64,000 nucleotides of DNA, taken from NCBI GenBank assembly GCA_027491315.1, contig JAIXWL010000016.1:73454-137453 (forward strand), read 5' to 3'. How positions within the stretch are numbered: position 1 is the stretch's first letter; every line of letters starts with the position of its first letter. Below, piece after piece: positions 46,944 to 56,164 of this stretch. The stretch is from Cytophagaceae bacterium. Its GTDB lineage: Bacteria; Bacteroidota; Bacteroidia; Cytophagales; Spirosomataceae. A program made the translations under genes and the position numbers. The notes under the pieces were generated by a model. It saw nothing but the letters and a program-made list of their open reading frames with translations, was not told the DNA's origin and ran no database searches.

Positions 46944-48287
46944 ATGACAACACAAAAACCAACTTGGATTCCGCTTCTTGTATTACTTGCCGTTGCGGTA
47001 CTTGCATTGTTTACCGATCTTCCGGGCTCAATTCCTACTGAAGGAATTGACACGGGTGACACAGCCTGGCTGATAGTAGCTTCTGGTTTAGTTCTTCTAA
47101 TGACTCCTGGATTAGCTTATTTCTATGGAGGAATGGTAAATCATAAAAACGTAATTTCTACCATGTTGCAATCTTTCATTGCTATGGGTGTAATCAGCGT
47201 CATTTGGGTGATTTTTGGATTCAGTTTAGCTTTTGGAGATTCCATTGGAGGCTGGATTGGTGACCCAACTACCTTTTTTATGTTCAACAATGTGTTTGAC
47301 CACAAATTATCTTTAGGATCTGCTGACCAAATAAAATTCACTATCCCTTTTGCTCTTTTTGCCTTTTTCCAAATGAAATTCGCAGTTATCACACCTGCCT
47401 TGATTTCAGGAGCATTAGCAGAAAGAATAAACTTCAAAGCTTATGTATTATTCATGGTTCTTTTCTGCATCTGTGTATATTCACCATTGGCTCACTGGAC
47501 TTGGCATCCTGATGGATTCTTATTCAATTTAGGTGTATTGGATTTCGCTGGTGGAACTGTAGTACACATGTCCGCAGGTTGGGCTGCATTAGCAGGTGCT
47601 CTTTACTTACGTCGTAGAAAGTCCCACATCGAATCTAACATTTTGCCTCCAGCTAACATTCCTTACGTTTTATTAGGAACTGCCTTACTTTGGTTCGGAT
47701 GGTTTGGATTTAATGCTGGTTCTGCTTTAGGGGCAAACTCCTTATCAGTAACCGCTTTTGCTACTACGCACATTGCTGCTGCCTCTGCTGGTTTATCTTG
47801 GATTTTATTTGATGTAACTCGCGGCAAAAAAGTATCAGCCTTAGGTTTCTGTATTGGTGCTGTGGTTGGCTTAGTTGCTATCACTCCAGCTGCTGGATTT
47901 GTAACCTTACCCATTGCCATTTTCATCGGTGTTATTGCTGCTTTAGTGTCTAACATCATTGCACACTGGAGAGCATCATCGAATTTAGATGACACCCTTG
48001 ATGTATTCCCTTGCCACGGTGTAGGTGGAATGATGGGTATGTTAATGACAGGTATTTTTGCAACAAGCGCGGTTAACTCAGCTGTAGCAGGAAACGGTTT
48101 ATTCTACGGAGAAACAGATTTATTCGTAAAGCATATTTTAGCTCTTGCCATCGTTTCTGCTTTTGCATTCGGTGTATCTTATATCCTTTTAATTGTAACG
48201 GACAAGATCATTCCGTTACGTGTTAATGAGGAAGAAGAAAGATTAGGTTTAGACATTTCCCAGCACGACGAGTCAATCTCGGAATAG
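46944..48287 (+). CDS. amtB: Ammonium transporter (Amt family)
   Basis: 447 aa with DFAGGTVVHMSAGWAALAGAL and LDVFPCHGVGGMMGML, containing the conserved twin-His and Phe-gate contexts. Confidence 0.95.
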   Translation: MTTQKPTWIPLLVLLAVAVLALFTDLPGSIPTEGIDTGDTAWLIVASGLVLLMTPGLAYFYGGMVNHKNVISTMLQSFIAMGVISVIWVIFGFSLAFGDSIGGWIGDPTTFFMFNNVFDHKLSLGSADQIKFTIPFALFAFFQMKFAVITPALISGALAERINFKAYVLFMVLFCICVYSPLAHWTWHPDGFLFNLGVLDFAGGTVVHMSAGWAALAGALYLRRRKSHIESNILPPANIPYVLLGTALLWFGWFGFNAGSALGANSLSVTAFATTHIAAASAGLSWILFDVTRGKKVSALGFCIGAVVGLVAITPAAGFVTLPIAIFIGVIAALVSNIIAHWRASSNLDDTLDVFPCHGVGGMMGMLMTGIFATSAVNSAVAGNGLFYGETDLFVKHILALAIVSAFAFGVSYILLIVTDKIIPLRVNEEEERLGLDISQHDESISE

Positions 48288-48340
48288 TCTAACATACAGA
48301 CAAAGCCGCAAGTAATGGTTCTTGTGGTTTTGTTTCAATC

Positions 48341-48375
48341 AAAAAGTCGGAAACTCCTAGTTTCCGGCTTTTTTG
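48341..48375. terminator. Bidirectional terminator between the convergent amtB and mtaB genes
   Basis: GTCGGAAAC (48346-48354) pairs with GTTTCCGGC (48360-48368), including one G-U pair. AAAAA lies upstream and TTTTTT downstream. Confidence 0.75.
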
Positions 48376-48384
48376 TTTTAAAAA

Positions 48385-49710
48385 TTAAACGAATTGCTCA
48401 ATTAAGATTTCTGCGCGCATGTTTCCCTCCTCATCGATGGATTTGTAGCGAACTGGCTGAATGGTATTGATTTGCAAAGGGTCATAAGGCACCCTAACGC
48501 GCACATAATTCTCTGAAAAACCATCCATATATCCGTCCGAATTTGCTTCTTCAAAAAGCACTTTTCCTTGTAGACCCAATTGGGTTTCATAAAAAGCACG
48601 ACGCTTTTTGTCAGATAATATGTGTAACATTTTTGAACGCTCTGCCTTTACCTTCACATCTACTTTAGGGTGAATGTCTACCGCATAGGTATTGGCCCTT
48701 TCCGAATAGGTAAATACATGCAAATAAGAAATATCTAATTCATTCAGAAAATGATAGGTATCTAAAAACATTTCTTCCGTTTCACCTGGATGGCCAACGA
48801 TCACATCAACTCCGATACAAGCATGAGGCATAAGTGATTTGATTTCTCGAACTCGATCCGCATACAGTTCTCGTTGGTATCTACGCTTCATTAAACGCAA
48901 AATAGCATTAGAACCCGATTGCAATGGCACATGAAAATGAGGCACAAAATGCTGTGAATCAGCTAAAAAATGGAGCAAGTCACTATGCAATAAATTAGGT
49001 TCAATAGAAGATATTCTAAAACGACGCATATCGTTTTGTTGATCCAAAGCTTTTACTAATTCAAAAAACGAAGCTACTCGCTTACCTTGCTGAATTCCAA
49101 AATCACCTATATTAACTCCCGTTAAAACAACTTCTTTGACACCTTTATCAGCAATTTCTTTCACCAAGCCTAGCACATTTTCTATGCTACTGGATCTACT
49201 TTGACCACGCGCCAAAGGAATCGTACAATAGGAGCAGGGGTAATCACAACCATCCTGAACTTTCAAAAAAGTTCGAGTACGGTCATTTACCGAATAGGAG
49301 GCATGGTAATCTAAATCATATCGAATTTCTGAGGCGATCACTTTGGGTAAAGTGCTTTTCTTTTCTGAGGAGAAATAAGGAGAAATAATTTCCGGCAATT
49401 GAAATTTTTCATTGGCCCCCAAGACTAAATCAACCCCTGGAATTTGTACAATTTCCTCGGGTTTCAATTGAGCATAACAGCCCAAAATAACCACAACTGA
49501 ATCTGGATTAATTTTTTTTGCCTCTTTGACTACTTTCTTGCATTTTTTATCGGCCTGATCTGTCACACTACAAGTATTGATAACAAATAGGTCAGGAGAT
49601 TGCTGGAATTCTACCCGTTCAAATCCCATGGGCTCCAATGAGCGAGCAATGGTACTGGACTCGGCGAAATTTAATTTACAACCTAAGGTATAAAAAGCTA
49701 ACTTCTTCAT
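48385..49710 (-). CDS. mtaB: tRNA (N6-threonylcarbamoyladenosine-37) methylthiotransferase MtaB (radical SAM MiaB/RimO family)
   Basis: 441 aa with the N-terminal UPF0004 domain (FYTLGCKLNFAESS, INTCSVT), the radical-SAM motif CDYPCSYC and a C-terminal TRAM-like end. Confidence 0.8.
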   Translation of the reverse strand: MKKLAFYTLGCKLNFAESSTIARSLEPMGFERVEFQQSPDLFVINTCSVTDQADKKCKKVVKEAKKINPDSVVVILGCYAQLKPEEIVQIPGVDLVLGANEKFQLPEIISPYFSSEKKSTLPKVIASEIRYDLDYHASYSVNDRTRTFLKVQDGCDYPCSYCTIPLARGQSRSSSIENVLGLVKEIADKGVKEVVLTGVNIGDFGIQQGKRVASFFELVKALDQQNDMRRFRISSIEPNLLHSDLLHFLADSQHFVPHFHVPLQSGSNAILRLMKRRYQRELYADRVREIKSLMPHACIGVDVIVGHPGETEEMFLDTYHFLNELDISYLHVFTYSERANTYAVDIHPKVDVKVKAERSKMLHILSDKKRRAFYETQLGLQGKVLFEEANSDGYMDGFSENYVRVRVPYDPLQINTIQPVRYKSIDEEGNMRAEILIEQFV

Positions 49711-49733
49711 GCAAAATAATAAGCTGCAAATTT

Positions 49734-49764
49734 AAAACAAAAATGGCGGATAAATCCGCCATTT
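49734..49764 (-). terminator. Rho-independent terminator after the GSII gene
   Basis: AAATGGCGGA pairs with TCCGCCATTT around a TAAA loop. The minus strand then continues with the T-rich TTGTTTT. Confidence 0.7.
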
Positions 49765-49796
49765 TCATGCAATTATAGAATTATACAGCTCTTTTA

Positions 49797-50810
49797 TTAA
49801 TACTTAGCTGATTTTACAGTTTTGATAATTCTTGAAGCTACTTTGTATGGATCTGCCGCTGAATTTGGACGACGATCTTCTAACCAACCTTTCCATCCTT
49901 TTTCTACTGTAGCAATAGGGATACGGATAGAAGCACCACGGTCAGAAACGCCATAAGAGAATTGGTGAATGGATTGAGTCTCATGCTTACCTGTTAAACG
50001 CAAGTGGTTATCAGCACCATAAACTTCAATATGCTCTTTTACCACAGGAGCAAAGGCAGAACAAATGGCATCATAAGTTCCTTTCTCACCACAAGTACGC
50101 AATGCAGTATTGGAGAAGTTAGCGTGCATACCAGAACCATTCCAATCTAGTTCGCCAAGTGGTTTACAGTGCCAGTTGATAGCAACACCATATTTCTCAC
50201 CTAATCTTTCTAATAAATAACGAGCTACCCAAATTTGATCTCCCGCTTCTTTAGCACCTTTAGCAAAAATTTGAAATTCCCACTGTCCAGCAGCCACCTC
50301 AGCATTGATACCTTCCACATTTAAACCAGCTTCTAAACAAATGTCTAAATGCTCCTCTACGATATCACGGCCATAGGCATTCTTAGCACCCACTGAACAA
50401 TAGTATGGTCCTTGAGGTGCTGGATATCCGTTTGCAGGGAAACCCAAAGGCTTGTTGGTTTCTGGATCCCACAAGAAATATTCTTGCTCAAAACCAAACC
50501 AAAAATCGTTATCATCATCCTCAATAGTAGCACGACCATTACTCTCATGTGCTGAACCATCAGAGTTCAATACTTCGCACATAACTAAATAAGCATTTTT
50601 TCTAGCAGGATCTGGACAAATGAACACAGGCTTCAATAGACAGTCGGAAGAACCACCTGGGGCTTGCTCAGTAGATGAGCCATCAAAGCACCACATATCG
50701 CAGTCTTCTAGTTTACCACTGAAGTTATTTTCAATCTTAGTTTTAGAACGCAAACTCTGAGTAGGTTTGTAACCGTCTAACCAAATGTATTCAAGTTTAG
50801 ATTTTGCCAT
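49797..50810 (-). CDS. glnII: Glutamine synthetase type II (eukaryote-like, short form)
   Basis: 337 aa with LEYIWLDGYKPTQSLRSKTK, the catalytic-domain blocks FGFEQEYFL and NGSGMHANFS, and the C-terminal LEDRRPNSAADPY. Confidence 0.88.
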   Translation of the reverse strand: MAKSKLEYIWLDGYKPTQSLRSKTKIENNFSGKLEDCDMWCFDGSSTEQAPGGSSDCLLKPVFICPDPARKNAYLVMCEVLNSDGSAHESNGRATIEDDDNDFWFGFEQEYFLWDPETNKPLGFPANGYPAPQGPYYCSVGAKNAYGRDIVEEHLDICLEAGLNVEGINAEVAAGQWEFQIFAKGAKEAGDQIWVARYLLERLGEKYGVAINWHCKPLGELDWNGSGMHANFSNTALRTCGEKGTYDAICSAFAPVVKEHIEVYGADNHLRLTGKHETQSIHQFSYGVSDRGASIRIPIATVEKGWKGWLEDRRPNSAADPYKVASRIIKTVKSAKY

Positions 50811-50861
50811 GATTTTAAACGTGTTTTTATTAAAAATTCATTTTTTGTACCAAATACAATG

Positions 50862-50869
50862 CAAAAATA
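50862..50869 (-). promoter_or_regulatory. Candidate -7 promoter box for the GSII gene (TATTTTTG on the minus strand)
   Basis: An exact TAnnTTTG match lies about 52 nt upstream of the GSII ATG (50810). It is embedded in AGGTTTATTTTT, which resembles the amtB-upstream repeat core. Confidence 0.3.
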
Positions 50870-50990
50870 AACCTGTTTTTAAGAAAAACAATTTTTTGAA
50901 ATAAAAATTATACAATTTTATCACATGTAATCCTTAAAATAAAAAACATGGCAATTATATGAAATAACAAGATATACGGGAAAAAGAAAT

Positions 50991-50998
50991 TAAATTTG
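50991..50998 (+). promoter_or_regulatory. Candidate -7 promoter box for the GSIII gene (TAAATTTG)
   Basis: An exact TAnnTTTG match lies 57 nt upstream of the GSIII ATG (51055) in the 244-bp divergent spacer. Confidence 0.3.
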
Positions 50999-51054
50999 TT
51001 TCAAGTAACACGCAAAAATCCTATTTTTACGTTACTGATAACCTAATTTCAACC

Positions 51055-53262
51055 ATGGCAATAACCAGATTTAAAGCGCTTGAATTAGCTCAAAGTAGAG
51101 CTACTGCAGTTGTGAAAATCCCTACTGAAAAAGTAAGTGATTATTACGGCAATATGACATTTAATGATGAGGTGATGCGCTCATTATTATCACCTGAAGC
51201 ATACTTAAAGATTACAACAGCCATTAACACGGGGTCTAAAATAGATCGTGATGCAGCTGATGAGGTGGCAGCAGCGATGAAATCCTGGGCAATCTCTAAA
51301 GGTGCGACACACTATACTCACTGGTTTCAACCATTGACAGGAACTACAGCTGAAAAACACGATTCATTTTTTGATATTGATTTAAGTACAGGAAAGGCGG
51401 TAGAAAAATTCAAAGGTTCAGCTTTAGTTCAACAAGAGCCCGATGCTTCTTCATTCCCGAATGGAGGAATTCGTTCTACGTTTGAAGCACGTGGTTATAC
51501 AGGATGGGATCCATCTTCGCCAGCATTTATCATGGAAAATGCTGCTGGAACAGCTACCTTATGTATTCCATCGGTATTTGTATCCTATACAGGTGAAGCA
51601 TTGGACTACAAAACTCCATTATTGAAATCGATTGAATTAATTGATAAAGCAGCTACTGCAGTTGTGAAAGAATATTTCAACCGTGATGTAACTAAGGTAG
51701 TTCCTACTGTTGGTATCGAACAAGAATATTTCTTAGTTGACGAAGCACTTTATAATGCTCGTCCAGATTTAATGATGGCTGGAAGAACGGTTTTCGGACA
51801 CGCTCCTGCAAAAGGTCAACAATTAGAAGATCACTATTTTGGATCGATTCCAACTCGTGTGAATGCTTTTATGGTTGATTTTGAAATTGAAGCCTTGAAA
51901 TTAGGTATGCCAGTTCGTACTCGTCACAACGAAGTAGCTCCTGCACAATTTGAAGTTGCTCCAACCTTTGAAGAGGCTAACTTAGCATGTGATCACAATG
52001 CACTTTTGATGGACTTAATGTCGAAAGTAGCTGTAAAACATAAATTGAAGGTATTATTCCATGAGAAACCGTTTGCTGGTATCAATGGATCAGGTAAACA
52101 CAATAACTGGGCTTTAGGAACAGATACGGGAGTTAATTTATTAGGACCATCATCTAAACCAAAAGAAAATCTACGTTTCTTAACCTTCTTCGTAAACGTA
52201 GTGAAGGCGGTACATGACAATGCTGATTTACTACGTGCCTCCATTGCTTCTTCAGGAAATGAGCATCGTTTAGGAGCGAATGAAGCCCCACCAGCGATTG
52301 TTTCTGTATTCTTAGGTTCTACCATGAACAATGTTTTGGATGACCTAGAAAACATGAAGGATATCGAGGAATTCCAATTAGAAAAAGGAGATAACGTATA
52401 CCTAAAATTGGGTATCAACAAAATCCCTTCCTTGATTTTGGATAACACAGACCGTAACAGAACTTCACCATTTGCTTTCACTGGCAACAAATTTGAATTC
52501 CGTGCTGTTGGTTCTTCTGCCAATTCAGCAGCTCCAATGACCATTTTGAATACGATTGTTGCAAATCAATTAATCTTATTCCGCAAAGAGGTCGACGCTG
52601 TATTAGAAAAAGGAGTAAAGAAAGAGTTGGCGATCATGAATGTATTGAAGCGTTATGCTAAAGAATCCAAGAAAATCCGTTTCGAAGGAAATGGTTATTC
52701 GGATGAATGGGTAGCAGAAGCAGAAAAGAGAGGTTTATCCAACATGAAAACCACACCTGAGGCCCTATTAGTATATACTCGCCCAGAATCGATCGAATTA
52801 TTCACAAAATATGGCATTTATTCCAAGGAGGAAATGCATGCTCGTTATGAAATCGAATTAGAGAACTATATCAAGAAAATCCAGATTGAATCACGCGTAT
52901 TAGGTGATATGGCAATTAACCACATTGTTTCGACTTCATTGAAATACCAAACTCAATTGGTAGAAAATGTAAAAGGACAAAAGGAAATTGGTATAAATCC
53001 TCAATATTATGCGCCGACGATTGAAATGATTAAAAAAATCTCCGAGTACACTTCGAAAATCGTTTTATTACAAAATGATATGACGGAAGCAAGAAAAGAG
53101 GCAAATAATGTGGAAAATATCGAAGAAAGAGCGTTCTTGTATGGCTCCAAGGTTAAAGGTTATTTCGAAGAGATTCGCTATGCAGTGGATAAACTTGAGT
53201 TAATCATTGACGACGATGAGTGGCCATTGCCAAAGTACAGAGAATTATTAATGATTAAATAG
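51055..53262 (+). CDS. glnN: Glutamine synthetase type III
   Basis: 735 aa. The length and blocks (HYTHWFQPLTG, IEQEYFLVD, NGSGKHNNW, NRTSPFAFTGNKFEFRAVGSS) are typical of GSIII in Bacteroidota and cyanobacteria. Confidence 0.92.
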   Translation: MAITRFKALELAQSRATAVVKIPTEKVSDYYGNMTFNDEVMRSLLSPEAYLKITTAINTGSKIDRDAADEVAAAMKSWAISKGATHYTHWFQPLTGTTAEKHDSFFDIDLSTGKAVEKFKGSALVQQEPDASSFPNGGIRSTFEARGYTGWDPSSPAFIMENAAGTATLCIPSVFVSYTGEALDYKTPLLKSIELIDKAATAVVKEYFNRDVTKVVPTVGIEQEYFLVDEALYNARPDLMMAGRTVFGHAPAKGQQLEDHYFGSIPTRVNAFMVDFEIEALKLGMPVRTRHNEVAPAQFEVAPTFEEANLACDHNALLMDLMSKVAVKHKLKVLFHEKPFAGINGSGKHNNWALGTDTGVNLLGPSSKPKENLRFLTFFVNVVKAVHDNADLLRASIASSGNEHRLGANEAPPAIVSVFLGSTMNNVLDDLENMKDIEEFQLEKGDNVYLKLGINKIPSLILDNTDRNRTSPFAFTGNKFEFRAVGSSANSAAPMTILNTIVANQLILFRKEVDAVLEKGVKKELAIMNVLKRYAKESKKIRFEGNGYSDEWVAEAEKRGLSNMKTTPEALLVYTRPESIELFTKYGIYSKEEMHARYEIELENYIKKIQIESRVLGDMAINHIVSTSLKYQTQLVENVKGQKEIGINPQYYAPTIEMIKKISEYTSKIVLLQNDMTEARKEANNVENIEERAFLYGSKVKGYFEEIRYAVDKLELIIDDDEWPLPKYRELLMIK

Positions 53263-53273
53263 TTTGTCACCTT

Positions 53274-53831
53274 ATGACACAAATTAGCAATCCCGGATTT
53301 TCTCCCGAGGAAATCAAACGTTTGAAAGAGCTTTGTGCTGCAGAACAACGTACTTTTGTTTTGATCGAAGACGAAGATCTTCCGGTAAGCAATGATAGAG
53401 AAATGGTCCACATACAATTTGTGGGCCATTTTGAGCAAAAAGAGGTTATCTTTGATGCCATCTTATGTACGCTTCAATTACATTATTCTAGCTTATTATA
53501 TGAAGCAGCGGAAAGAGAAGCCATCCAGCATTTCCCTCTGTATGTCCCTATTGAAAATAGAGATGAAACATATCAAGCCAACGATTCATTGGATGAAGAA
53601 GTAGAAATGATGGTTTTAGAAATCATCGAAGAAATGGAGGAAAATGATGAAATCAAGGTTAGTGAATATGTAGAAGTTGATAAAGATTTTGATTTTGGAA
53701 TTGGCTTAGAAGCTGCTCTTTATGTACCTTCATTGACGGATGAAGTTATCGAACAGTTTATTCTTGATTTCAACGCGAATACTTTACAATTAGACACTTC
53801 CTTATATTCGTTTAAATCTGAAGAAGAGTAA
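53274..53831 (+). CDS. Acidic hypothetical protein
   Basis: 185 aa with an ATG start. It begins 12 nt after the glnN stop and ends 2 nt before rsmE. It is very Glu/Asp-rich (EEVEMMVLEIIEEMEENDE). I recognise no family. Confidence 0.55.
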   Translation: MTQISNPGFSPEEIKRLKELCAAEQRTFVLIEDEDLPVSNDREMVHIQFVGHFEQKEVIFDAILCTLQLHYSSLLYEAAEREAIQHFPLYVPIENRDETYQANDSLDEEVEMMVLEIIEEMEENDEIKVSEYVEVDKDFDFGIGLEAALYVPSLTDEVIEQFILDFNANTLQLDTSLYSFKSEEE

Positions 53832-53833
53832 GC

Positions 53834-54550
53834 ATGAGTATTCCGGTTTTTTATGAGCCAAATCCTACTGCTAGCCCTTTTTTAAGCGAAGAAGAATCCA
53901 TTCATGCCCATCGGGTCCTCCGGCTAAAAGCGGGGGATCCGATTTTTATTTTAAATGGTTTAGGTCAAAAATTTGAAGCAAAAATTGAGCAATCAACCAG
54001 TAAAAAAACGACTTTTCATCAATTACGTGAAATTGAAAATTCGGAAAAAGCTTCCTATTCCATCCATCTTTGGATAGCACCTACCAAACAAATGGAGCGG
54101 ATGGAATGGATGGTTGAAAAATGTGCAGAATTTGGAATTCAATCCATAGGTTTCTTTCATTCCAGGTACTCTGAAAGGAAAGAAATCAAAACCCATCGCC
54201 TTGAGAAAATAGTCATTTCTGCATTAAAACAGTCGAAAAATCTATTTTTGCCCCAAATTTACCCCATTGTTCCTTTCAAAGATTTGCTCAAACAGATAGG
54301 TCCAAAAGAACAAGAACAAAGACTTTTTGCCTATATTTCTGAACCTCCTAGTCTCAGTTTGGGAAAAAGTATTCACTTGAATCATGCTTATCATATATTG
54401 ATTGGGCCGGAAGGAGATTTTTCTAAAGAAGAAAGTGAATTATTATTATCGAGCGATTGGACGCCATTTAGCCTAGGAAAGGCCATTTTAAGAACAGAAA
54501 CAGCAGGACTAGCCGCAACCCACGCCATTCATTTATTACATGAAAAATAA
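53834..54550 (+). CDS. rsmE: 16S rRNA (uracil1498-N3)-methyltransferase
   Basis: 238 aa with HAHRVLRLKAGD, ALKQSKNLFLPQI, IGPEGDFSKEE and ILRTETAG. Confidence 0.88.
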   Translation: MSIPVFYEPNPTASPFLSEEESIHAHRVLRLKAGDPIFILNGLGQKFEAKIEQSTSKKTTFHQLREIENSEKASYSIHLWIAPTKQMERMEWMVEKCAEFGIQSIGFFHSRYSERKEIKTHRLEKIVISALKQSKNLFLPQIYPIVPFKDLLKQIGPKEQEQRLFAYISEPPSLSLGKSIHLNHAYHILIGPEGDFSKEESELLLSSDWTPFSLGKAILRTETAGLAATHAIHLLHEK

Positions 54551-55199
54551 GGTTTTTCTCTTCTTTTTGCTCGTATTTGCCAATAATCTCCATGGCCAAA
54601 ATCCCTTGTTTAAAATTGCCAAGGTGAAATATAAAGGGGGAGGAGATTGGTATGCCAATAAGACTTCCTTGCCCAATCTCATTCAATTTGCCAATCAACA
54701 AAAGAAAATGGGTATAGATCCTACACCTGAGACGGTAGAATTGACGAGCCCCTTGCTTTGGAATTATCCTTTCCTGCATCTCACAGGGCACGGAAATGTG
54801 CTTTTTGATAAAGAAGAGCAAAAAAATCTACGGAAATATTTATTGGGCGGAGGTTTCCTACACATTGATGATAACTATGGATTGGATAAATCCATTCGTA
54901 GAGAGATGGCCAAAGTTTTTCCTGAATTAAGTTTTATTGAGCTACCCTTTACTCACCCCATTTACTCCCAAGCCTACCCATTCCCAAAAGGTTTACCTAA
55001 AGTCCACGAGCATGATGGTAAAGCTCCGCAAGGATTTGGCCTCATTTATCAAGGAAGACTAATTTGTTTTTATTCTTATGAGTGTGACTTGGGTAATGGC
55101 TGGGAAGACGAAAGTATTTATCATGATCCAGCTGAAAAAAGAGAGGCAGCCCTTAAAATGGGGGTAAATATCCTTCAATACGCATTCCTGAATCCATAG
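54540..55199 (+). CDS. DUF4159-like secreted protein
   Basis: 219 aa with a signal peptide. KYKGGGDWYANKTSLPNL and LHLTGHGNV match my recollection of DUF4159. It overlaps rsmE by 11 nt. Confidence 0.55.
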   Translation: MKNKVFLFFLLVFANNLHGQNPLFKIAKVKYKGGGDWYANKTSLPNLIQFANQQKKMGIDPTPETVELTSPLLWNYPFLHLTGHGNVLFDKEEQKNLRKYLLGGGFLHIDDNYGLDKSIRREMAKVFPELSFIELPFTHPIYSQAYPFPKGLPKVHEHDGKAPQGFGLIYQGRLICFYSYECDLGNGWEDESIYHDPAEKREAALKMGVNILQYAFLNP

Positions 55200-55256
55200 C
55201 TGATAAAAATCATAAAAGTATATTGAAATACTAGAGATTCTTTAACTTTTCGTAGC

Positions 55257-55264
55257 TAAATTTG
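55257..55264 (+). promoter_or_regulatory. Candidate -7 promoter box (TAAATTTG)
   Basis: An exact TAnnTTTG match lies 23 nt upstream of the desaturase ATG (55287). Confidence 0.3.
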
Positions 55265-55286
55265 TACAAATATTTATTATTAATTT

Positions 55287-56048
55287 ATGCAATTAGTACT
55301 TCCAGCTTTCATTATCCATTGGTACGTATCCCTTTTTAGTCAAACTTTCTTCCTACACCGCTACTCAGCGCATAAAATGTTCTTAATGAACAAGTTCTGG
55401 GAGAAATTTTTCTATTTTCTTACCTATTTATCTCAAGGTTCTTCTTTTTTAAGTCCTAGAGCCTATGCTATTTTACACAGAATGCATCACGCGTTCTCTG
55501 ATACAAAGAAAGATCCACATTCACCGATGTTCTCAAGCAATGTCTTTACTATGATGTGGAAAACAAAAAACATTTATAATGCTGTTTTAAACCGTTCTCA
55601 AAAAGTAGAAGATCGCTTTGAACATGATTACCCAGTTTCAAAAACAATTGAAAAAATTGGAGATTCTTGGCTTTCTCGCATTGGTTGGGGAGTTGCCTAT
55701 TCTTCTTTTTACATTGTAGCTTATAAGTATTTTGATATGCACTGGGCATTCTTCTTTTTATTGCCTGTTCACTTTTTAATGGGACCTGTTCACGGGGCTA
55801 TTGTAAATTGGTCTGGACATAAATATGGTTATCAAAATTATGACAACCACGATCATTCTAAGAACTCATTGGTTGTTGATGTATTAATGATGGGAGAGTT
55901 GTTTCAAAATAACCACCACAAATTACCTAATCGTGTTAATTTTGCTACCAAATGGTTTGAAATTGATCCGACCTATCCAATGGTTAAATTATTAACCTGG
56001 TTGAAAATTATTCGTCCGAACGTTAAGGACCCGAACGCTAAGTTTTAA
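55287..56048 (+). CDS. Acyl-CoA/acyl-lipid desaturase (stearoyl-CoA delta-9 desaturase family)
   Basis: 253 aa with the His boxes HRYSAH and HRMHH and the C-terminal NNHH, plus NWSGHKYGYQNY. Confidence 0.85.
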   Translation: MQLVLPAFIIHWYVSLFSQTFFLHRYSAHKMFLMNKFWEKFFYFLTYLSQGSSFLSPRAYAILHRMHHAFSDTKKDPHSPMFSSNVFTMMWKTKNIYNAVLNRSQKVEDRFEHDYPVSKTIEKIGDSWLSRIGWGVAYSSFYIVAYKYFDMHWAFFFLLPVHFLMGPVHGAIVNWSGHKYGYQNYDNHDHSKNSLVVDVLMMGELFQNNHHKLPNRVNFATKWFEIDPTYPMVKLLTWLKIIRPNVKDPNAKF

Positions 56049-56064
56049 TACCTTACATACACAG

Positions 56065-56094
56065 AAAGCCCTGGATTCATTCAGGGCTTTTTTT
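56065..56094 (+). terminator. Rho-independent terminator after the desaturase gene
   Basis: AAAGCCCTG (56065-56073) pairs with CAGGGCTTT (56082-56090), followed by a T-run to 56094. Confidence 0.8.
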
Positions 56095-56116
56095 ATGCAC
56101 TACATGATAAATTCAT

Positions 56117-56146
56117 AAAAAAAGCTCAGAATTAAATCCTGAGCTT
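56117..56146 (-). terminator. Rho-independent terminator after the E2 gene
   Basis: On the minus strand AAGCTCAG pairs with CTGAGCTT around a 9-nt loop, followed by T7. The plus-strand stem coordinates are 56122-56129 / 56139-56146. Confidence 0.75.
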
Positions 56147-56164
56147 CTTTTAAACCATGGGTGA

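Noticed and set aside
46859-47041. 60-aa ORF bridging the porin stop and the amtB start
   Set aside because: It is out of frame with both well-supported genes and overlaps both, with no independent support.
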